Assembly: GCA_963662615.2 (NCBI GenBank)
Contig: CAXXSR010000002.1
Span: 224,001-288,000 of the forward strand
Length of the DNA: 64,000 nt
Direction of reading: 5' to 3'
DNA from: Dehalococcoidia bacterium
GTDB lineage: Bacteria > Chloroflexota > Dehalococcoidia > Bin125
In this document: piece by piece, positions 57,351 to 64,000 of the stretch
Position numbering within the stretch: position 1 is the first letter of the stretch
Layout: the number at the start of each line of letters is the position of its first letter
Translations under genes and position numbers: made by a program
Notes under the pieces: model-generated
What the model was told of the DNA's origin: nothing
Seen by the model: only the letters and a program-made list of their open reading frames with translations
Database searches by the model: none

Positions 57351-58280
57351 TCAACGACTGCGCGCGGGCATGACCGGCAGCGGACCGGTGCGAGCGCCCT
57401 GCACGGCGAACACGTCCGTGCCCAAGGCAAACGCACCCTGGAGTCCGACGTCGTCTCCGCCGCGGGCCCGGACGACGCCGGCTGCGGTGACGGCCAAGCC
57501 GGCTCCGTGGCGGGTGAGGCGCTCGCGGACGGGATTGAGGAGGAGGTCGCCGGCCTGCGCCAGGCCGCCGCCGATGACGATCCGCTCAGGCATGAAGCAA
57601 TATGCCATATTGACAACGCCGATCGCGAACGCGTCCGCGACTTCCCGAAGCAGATCCCGTGCGCGCTCCTCGCCGGCCTGCGCTCGGGCCGTGAGGCGGG
57701 CGGGGTCCTCAGCGGCGAGGCGACGGAGGGCCGTGCCGGAGCCCAGGCTTTCGACCGTGCCACCGCTGTCGCGGTCGATGATCATGTGGCCCACTTCGGC
57801 CAGAGACCAGTTGCCGTAGAGAAGACGTCCGCCCAGGATGACGCCGGCGCCGACACCGGTGCTGGCAGTGACGTACAGCATGTCTTGGGTTCCCGTGCCG
57901 GCGCCGAAGCGGTGCTCTCCGAGAGCGCCCAGGTCAGCGTCGTTGGCCAAGAGCACGGGGAGGTCCAAGGCATCCGCAAGGCGGCCAGCAGACACGCGGC
58001 CCTCCCAGGCGGGGAGGTTCGCGAGGCGGAGGATCTCCCCGCTCCTGTACGCCACCGGACCGGGGACGCCGACGACGGCGCCGCGCGCCGGCACGCCACC
58101 GGCCGCGAGAGCGTCCGCCATCGCGTCGGTGAGGGCGGCCGGCCGATCCGATGGGGTAGGCACGACGGACTTGTGCACGATGTCGCCACGGCCGTTGAAG
58201 ACAGCGACACGCAGTCGCGTGCCTCCGAGATCGACGGCGAGCAGCGCAGCCTGGTGCGGGAGTGCGCCCACAGACGTCAT
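57351..58280 (-). CDS. ROK-family sugar kinase (glucokinase-like)
   Basis: DLGGT; NDAD..ALGE; STGVGAG; EVGH. Confidence 0.92.
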   Translation of the reverse strand: MTSVGALPHQAALLAVDLGGTRLRVAVFNGRGDIVHKSVVPTPSDRPAALTDAMADALAAGGVPARGAVVGVPGPVAYRSGEILRLANLPAWEGRVSAGRLADALDLPVLLANDADLGALGEHRFGAGTGTQDMLYVTASTGVGAGVILGGRLLYGNWSLAEVGHMIIDRDSGGTVESLGSGTALRRLAAEDPARLTARAQAGEERARDLLREVADAFAIGVVNMAYCFMPERIVIGGGLAQAGDLLLNPVRERLTRHGAGLAVTAAGVVRARGGDDVGLQGAFALGTDVFAVQGARTGPLPVMPARSR

Positions 58281-58921
58281 GGCGCCGCATCCTCATCCGC
58301 AATGATCGTGACGGACTGCGCCGTGACGCGCGCGGCGGGGATGTCGTCCGCGGCCAGCAGGCGCGCTAAGGCGTGTCGTTTCCCCGCGCCGGCAACCAGG
58401 AAGAGAGCGTTCCGCGCGGCCGAGAGGACGGGCAGCGTCAGCGTGAGGCGGGGGTGGTCCGGCCGTTGCACGCGCACAACTAAGCGGCTGCGCTCCTCCA
58501 GGGCTGGGTCGTGAGGAAAGAGAGAAGCGGTGTGGCCGTCGGCGCCGAGCCCCAGGAGCACCAAGTCGAACACGGGCAGCCCGGGGCCGAAGCGCTGATG
58601 CAGGAGCCGCTCATATCCTTCGGCGTCGCAGGTCGGGCCGGGCATGGGATGCACGCGCACTCCGGCGTCCGGCCCCAGCTTGGCAAAGAGAGTAGCGCGG
58701 GCCATGCCGTAGTTCGAGTCGGGGTGATCAAGGGCGACGCAGCGTTCGTCGCCGAAGAAGAGGTCCGTGCCGGCCCAGGGGAAGGGCGCCGTGGCGAGAC
58801 GCTCGTAGAGGGCGCGAGGCGTTGAGCCGCCGGCGAGAGCGATGGTGCGGGGGCGCAGGGCGAGAAGGTGATCCGCGGCCGCCGCTGCGGCGTCCGGCGC
58901 GACGACGAGGTTGGCCGTCAC
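58277..58921 (-). CDS. pgl: 6-phosphogluconolactonase
   Basis: ALAGGSTP; FGDERCV; SNY; LGLGADGHTASLFP. Confidence 0.93.
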   Translation of the reverse strand: MTANLVVAPDAAAAAADHLLALRPRTIALAGGSTPRALYERLATAPFPWAGTDLFFGDERCVALDHPDSNYGMARATLFAKLGPDAGVRVHPMPGPTCDAEGYERLLHQRFGPGLPVFDLVLLGLGADGHTASLFPHDPALEERSRLVVRVQRPDHPRLTLTLPVLSAARNALFLVAGAGKRHALARLLAADDIPAARVTAQSVTIIADEDAAP

Positions 58922-58961
58922 CAAAGGCGCCCGTGGCGCGGCCCGCGGATCCCGGCGGGAC

Positions 58962-60638
58962 TCATGCCGTCCCGACCTTGTCCGCCTCCTGGAGGCCGAA
59001 CTCCTCAAGCGAGCGCTCGCGCATCTTGTACTTCTGGATCTTCCCTGTGACCGTCATGGGAAATTCGTCCGTGACTTTCATGTAGCGCGGGATCTTGTAA
59101 TGGGCGATCTTGCCCTGACAGAAGTCGCGCAGCTCATCCAGCGTGAGGGAGCGGCCTTCGCGCAGGCGGACCCAAGCGCAGATTTCCTCTCCGTAGCGCT
59201 GGTCGGGGAGGCCGATGACATAGACGTCGGCGATGGCCGGGTGGGTGTAGAGGAACTCTTCGATCTCGCGCGGGTAGATGTTCTCGCCGCCGCGGATGAT
59301 CATGTCCTTGATGCGGCCGACGATGTTGGCGTAGCCGTCGTCATCCATGACGGCAAGATCGCCCGTATGCATCCAGCCGGCGGGGTCGATCGCCTTGCGG
59401 GTCGCCTCTGCATCGTTCCAGTAGCCAAGCATGACGAGGTAGCCGCGGCTGCACAGCTCCCCCGGGGTTCCGCGGGGCACGACGGCGCCGGACTCGGGAT
59501 CGACGATCTTGCATTCCACATGCGGGTGCACGCGGCCCACGGTGGAGACCCGTCGTTCGAGGGGGTCTGCTGTCCGCGACTGGAATGAGACCGGCGAGGT
59601 CTCCGTCATGCCGTAGCAGATCGTGACCTCCTCCATGTGCATGTCGGCGACGACGCGCTTCATGATCTCGACCGGGCAGGGCGAGCCGGCCATGACACCG
59701 GTGCGAAGCGAGGAGAGATCGTACTGGGCAAAGTCAGGGTGGTCGAGCATGGCGATGAACATGGTGGGCACGCCGTAGACCGCGACGCATCCTTCGTCCT
59801 GGATCGCCGCGAGGGTCGCGGCCGGGTCGAAGGCGTCGTCGGGATAGACGATGGTGGCGCCGCGGGTGGTGCAGCCGAGGTTGCCCATCACCATGCCGAA
59901 GCAGTGGTAGAGGGGAACGGGGACACAGAGGCGGTCGCCGGGCTGGAGTCCTTGGACGCCGGTGACGCAATAGGCGTTGTTGAGGATGTTGTGATGGGAG
60001 AGAGTTGCGCCCTTGGGAAAGCCGGTGGTGCCGGAGGTGTACTGAATGTTGATGGCGTCGTCGAACTGGAGCGCGCCCTGGCGATCGCGAAGGTCGTGCG
60101 GAGTCGTGCGGGCGGCGCCGTCCAGGAACCTCCGCCAGCTCACGTCGCCGTCGCCGCCATCCAGCACGATCACTGTCCCCAGGTCCGCCAGGTTAGGACG
60201 GACCTGCGCGATCATCTCGGCGTAGTTGGAACGCTTGAAGGTCGCTGCCGTGACCAGCACGGAGGCGCCCGAGTGTCTGAGAGCGTACTCGACCTCGCTG
60301 GTGCGGTAGGCGGGGTTGACGTTGACGAGGATGGCGCCGATCTTCGCGGTGGCGTACTGGACAATGGCCCACTCGGCGCGGTTCGGGGACCAGATGCCGA
60401 CCCGGTCGCCGCGCTCCACGCCCAGGGCGAGGAAGGCGCGCGCGCACTGGTTGACGGCGTCGAGAAATTCGCCGTAGGTGTAGCGCAGCTGCTGGTGCCG
60501 GGAGATGAGGCAGATGCGGTCCGGCTGTGCTCCGGCAACACGGTCAAGGTTGTCGCCGATCGTCTCCCCGATCAGCGGTTCCGTGGAAGGGCCCGAGACG
60601 TAGCTGCCGCTGGTCGGTGACACGCGCGCGCCGTCCAC
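58962..60638 (-). CDS. AMP-binding acyl-CoA synthetase
   Basis: [11 protein letters not shown]; YGMTETSP; HTGD; GRIKD; TGKIQK. Confidence 0.95.
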   Translation of the reverse strand: MDGARVSPTSGSYVSGPSTEPLIGETIGDNLDRVAGAQPDRICLISRHQQLRYTYGEFLDAVNQCARAFLALGVERGDRVGIWSPNRAEWAIVQYATAKIGAILVNVNPAYRTSEVEYALRHSGASVLVTAATFKRSNYAEMIAQVRPNLADLGTVIVLDGGDGDVSWRRFLDGAARTTPHDLRDRQGALQFDDAINIQYTSGTTGFPKGATLSHHNILNNAYCVTGVQGLQPGDRLCVPVPLYHCFGMVMGNLGCTTRGATIVYPDDAFDPAATLAAIQDEGCVAVYGVPTMFIAMLDHPDFAQYDLSSLRTGVMAGSPCPVEIMKRVVADMHMEEVTICYGMTETSPVSFQSRTADPLERRVSTVGRVHPHVECKIVDPESGAVVPRGTPGELCSRGYLVMLGYWNDAEATRKAIDPAGWMHTGDLAVMDDDGYANIVGRIKDMIIRGGENIYPREIEEFLYTHPAIADVYVIGLPDQRYGEEICAWVRLREGRSLTLDELRDFCQGKIAHYKIPRYMKVTDEFPMTVTGKIQKYKMRERSLEEFGLQEADKVGTA

Positions 60639-60762
60639 TTCTTGCTGCCGCCCGCCCCGACGGCCTGAGCCTAGCCGATCCCCTGGCTACTGCGGAGCGG
60701 GCGCGCCGGGCCGCGGCGAGGGCGCCGTCGATTGGCGGAACGGCCGCGGCGGCGATGCGGGC

Positions 60763-61650
60763 TCACGTTTCCGCGTCCGGGACCGGGTTGACGTGGAACA
60801 TGCCCAGCTGCTCGCAGATCGCCAGCACCGGGCCCGAGAAGTTCATGGTATAGAGATGGAGCCCGGGCGCGCCGGCAGCCAAGAGCTCCTCGCCGAGGCG
60901 CGTGCCGACCTCTACGGCGATCTCGCGGCGGGCGCTGACGTCATCGGCGGCGGCGGCAAGTCGGGCACGGATCTGGGCAGGGAACTCCGTCCCGTTCATC
61001 TCGGCCATGCGGGCGATGACGGCGAGGTTGCTGGGCGGCATGATGCCGGCAATGACCGGCGTGCGCACCCCGCGCGCCTGCATGTCTTGGACGAAGCGCT
61101 CGTAGTACTCCGTGCGAAAGAAGAACTGTGTGATGGCGAAGTCGGCGGCGCGCAGCTTCGTGGCCTGGTGCTCGCGATCCGCCGCCGGCGTCTCGGCGAG
61201 CGGGTGGCGTTCGGGATGCGCGGCGACGCCGATGGCGAAGTTGGCGCGCGGGCGCGTAAAGGCGACGAGATCGATCGCGCGCGGGAACTGGCCGGTGGAG
61301 GCAGCCGAGGCGTCTTGTGGCAGATCGCCACGGAGCGCCAACAGATTCTCAATTCCGCTGTCTCGATAGCGGGCAAGGATCGCCGCGATCTCATCGCGCG
61401 TGTGGTCCACGCAGGTGAGGTGGGGCATCGCCGTCACGTGGAGATCATCGTGAATGTGGGCGACGACCGCTTCGGTCGGGCCTCGGGCGGCGCCGAGGGC
61501 GCCGTAGGTCACGGACATGAATGAGGGGCGCAGCGCGGCGAGCCGCTGCAGCGTGCGTTCCAGCCGCTCCTCCGCCTCCGGGGTACGCGGCGCGAAGAAT
61601 TCGAACGAGAGCGTGGGGCCGGCGGCGAGCAGGTCGGAGATCCGCGCCAT
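60763..61650 (-). CDS. metF: 5,10-methylenetetrahydrofolate reductase
   Basis: SFEFF.P; SVTYGA; HLTC; LALRGD; AITQFFF; HLYTMN. Confidence 0.94.
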   Translation of the reverse strand: MARISDLLAAGPTLSFEFFAPRTPEAEERLERTLQRLAALRPSFMSVTYGALGAARGPTEAVVAHIHDDLHVTAMPHLTCVDHTRDEIAAILARYRDSGIENLLALRGDLPQDASAASTGQFPRAIDLVAFTRPRANFAIGVAAHPERHPLAETPAADREHQATKLRAADFAITQFFFRTEYYERFVQDMQARGVRTPVIAGIMPPSNLAVIARMAEMNGTEFPAQIRARLAAAADDVSARREIAVEVGTRLGEELLAAGAPGLHLYTMNFSGPVLAICEQLGMFHVNPVPDAET

Positions 61651-61793
61651 GTCACCTCTCACGTGGTCAGCGGGGCGTGCGCAGCGCAGGCCACGCGGTG
61701 GATCGTCGCAGTCGATCGGGCTACGCGCGAGGACGGCGTCGCCGGAGCCGCTCAACGCGGCAGCGCGTGACGGCATCGGCCCCGCATCGTTTC

Positions 61794-61822
61794 TTGACGG
61801 CGGTGCTACGGCTCCCTAGCCT
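61794..61822 (+). promoter_or_regulatory. Putative sigma-70 promoter (TTGACG-N17-TAGCCT) for the CSLREA gene
   Basis: Near-consensus hexamers with 17-bp spacer, 55 bp before GGAGG/ATG. Confidence 0.55.
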
Positions 61823-61876
61823 CCACGCGCCCGCGGCCGTGGAGCGATGCGGCCGCCGACGGGGAGGATCAGCCGG

Positions 61877-64000
61877 ATGCGACTCGACGTACGCGTGCAC
61901 TCTGCGATCGGCCTGACCGCCGAAGAGGGCCGGCGCCCCCGTCCAGCCCTGGTGTTGGCCTCCGCCGCCGTGGTAGTGGCGGTGCTCGCGGCCGCCCTGA
62001 CGCTCATCCTGACGCCCGGAACGGCCCACGGCGCCAACTTCACCGTCAACAACTCCGCTGATCAGGGCGACATCAATCCCGGCGACGGCGTCTGTGAGGC
62101 ATCGACGACCCCGCGCGGGTTCGTGAGCATCTGCACGCTGCGCGCCGCCATCCAGGAGGCGAACGCACTCCCCGGCGACGACACGATCGCGCTGCCTGCC
62201 GGCACCTTCACGCTGACCATCGCCGGGGCAGGCGAGGACGCCGCCGCCACGGGTGACCTTGACATCACTGTCTTCAACAAGGTGACGATCACCGGCGCAG
62301 GAGCCGCCTTCACCACCATCAACGGTGGCGGTATCGACCGCGTGTTCCACGTGCAGAGCTTCGCAACGCTGGTACTCTCGGGGGTCACCATCACCAATGG
62401 CAACGCGGGCGCCGCCCCCGGCGGCGGCATCTTCAACGTCGGCAGCCTGACGCTGACCGACAGCAAGGTCACCAACAGCACGGCCGACAACGGCGGCGGC
62501 ATCTATAACAGGGCCGGGGAGAGTCTCCCGTTCTTCTTGCCGGCAGCTGCGGCGACACTGACGAACGTCGAGGTCAATGGCAACTCGGCGAACGGGAACG
62601 GGGGCGGAATTTGGAACGGCGGCACGCTGACCGGATCGGGCGTCACCGCCAACGCCAACACAGCCGCGGCCGTGGGGGGTGGCATCTTTAGCAGCGGCAC
62701 GCTGACGCTGACCAGCAGCACGGTGAGCGACAACACGATCACCACTACTGGCTTCGGGAGGGGCGGGGGGATCTGGAACGGTGGCAGCGCGGCCATCACC
62801 AGCACGACCATCAGCGGCAACTCCAGCGGCGACGAAGGTGGTGGCATCTGGAACAGGAGCACTCTGAGCCTCACCGGAGGCTTGGTCGGGTCCAACGTAT
62901 CCGCGAGGGGGGGGCGGGCTCTACAACACCAGCGACGGCTCGGTGGACGTCAGTGGCGGCACCTTCCAGGGGAACGACGGAGGCTTCAGCGGCGGCGGGG
63001 TCGCGAACGTCGGCGGCACGATAACGCTGACGAACTCCGTCCAGATCGTCGGCAACTCCGCCGGTAACGGCGGCGGCATCTACCACATCGACGGGAGCGC
63101 GTCCCTGACGAACACGACGATCAACAATAACGCAGCCGATGGAACGGTCAACAGTGGGGACGGCGGCGGTATCTACATTGGGCAGAGCTTCGACGCGCTC
63201 GCGGAATCGGCGCCGCCGCCGACGCTTGTGCTGACGAACAGCACGATCAACGCCAACACCGCCATTCGGAATGGCGGTGGCATCCTCAACTCAGGCGGCA
63301 TACTGACACTGACGGACAGCTTAGTGACCGACAACGACGTCGGCTTGGACGGCGGCGGCATCGCGACCAGTGGCACACTCACGGCGACGAACAGCCAGAT
63401 TACCGTCAATACCACCACCGCGGGTAGCGGCGGCGGCATTCGGAATAGTGGCACGCTCACACTCACGGACAGCGACGTGCGCGGCAACATCGGCGGGACC
63501 GACGGCGGCGGCATTTACCAGGACGGCCAGTCGGCCTCACTCACGCTGATCAACAGCACCGTGCGCAGCAACCCGGCGGCGAACGGGAGCGGCGGCGGCA
63601 TCAGGATCGACGACGGGAGTGCCTCGCTGACGAACAGCACCGTCAGCAGCAACTCGGCGTTCGTGAGCGGCGGGGGCATCTTTCTCCAAGGCGGGGCCGT
63701 CACGCTGACGATCCTCAACAGCACGATCAGCGCCAACTTCGCCGTCTCGGGTGACGGAGGCGTCGTCCGCGCTGGCGGCAGCGCCACGTTGCAGAACTCG
63801 ATCGTGGCCGCCAACATGCCGACCGACTGCAGTGGTGCGGTGGTCTCACTCGACAACAACCTCGACAGCGATAGCTCCTGCAACCTCGGCGGGGCGAACG
63901 ACCTCCCCGGTGTTGACCCGCTGCTGGGCCCGCTCATGAACAACGGCGGCCCCACCGAGACGCACGCCCTGCTGACAGGGAGCCCGGCCCTCAACGCCGG
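61877..64000 (+). CDS. CSLREA-domain beta-helix surface protein with choice-of-anchor Q region; frameshift at G8 62907-62914; runs off window
   Basis: Signal peptide; FTVN..AD..D..PGDGVC...CTLRAAIQEAN; many GGGI.N repeats; DPLLGPL.NNGGPT.THALL.GSPA at the end. Confidence 0.88.

Noticed and set aside
58918-58965. 15-codon mini-ORF linking the acyl-CoA synthetase stop (ATGA) to the pgl start (GTGA)
   Set aside because: Could be chance or a small frameshift in the pgl N-terminus; no evidence of function.
61651-61800. SAM/SAH riboswitch upstream of metF
   Set aside because: No recognisable conserved riboswitch core by eye; an Rfam scan would be needed.

Overview
High-GC bacterial DNA, most consistent with a monoderm such as Chloroflexota/Dehalococcoidia. 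This is an inference from the Gram-positive-type LexA box, the absence of L/P-ring genes, an LPXTG protein and a CSLREA surface protein. Positions 1-37.2 kb hold a flagellar and chemotaxis supercluster on the + strand: flhB(partial)-flhA-flhF-PilZ brake-fliA-swrB-like-LPETG protein-flgF-flgG-flgM-flgN-flgK-flgL-fliW-cheACDYBX, a divergent degenerate oxidoreductase, fliC-flaG-fliD-fliS-fliT/flgN-like-second flgM, and fliFGHIJ-flgBC-fliE-fliK-flgD-TIGR02530-flgE-cNMP/DUF2225-YncE propeller. Positions 37.3-64 kb are metabolic and housekeeping: an acoABXC-lpdA-lipB operon, NUDIX, PIG-L, lexA, holA, a PPDK-N protein, coxG, a degenerate endonuclease V, a dual-specificity phosphatase, a sugar ABC transporter with GH15/ROK/pgl, an acyl-CoA synthetase, metF and a CSLREA surface protein. 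Four genes are frameshifted, three of them at G tracts. The most notable observations are: (1) the same ~88-aa beta-rich domain inserted in both hook protein FlgE and cap protein FliD, and perhaps remotely in flagellin; (2) a structured RNA between a possibly RelE/DUF4258-like TIGR02530 gene and flgE; (3) a sortase-type LPETG protein translationally coupled to the rod genes; (4) a nested, in-frame REP-like element inside the hook-length ruler FliK; (5) two FlgM paralogs. No rRNA, tRNA, CRISPR array or transposase was recognised. All family assignments come from motif recognition by eye, not from database searches.
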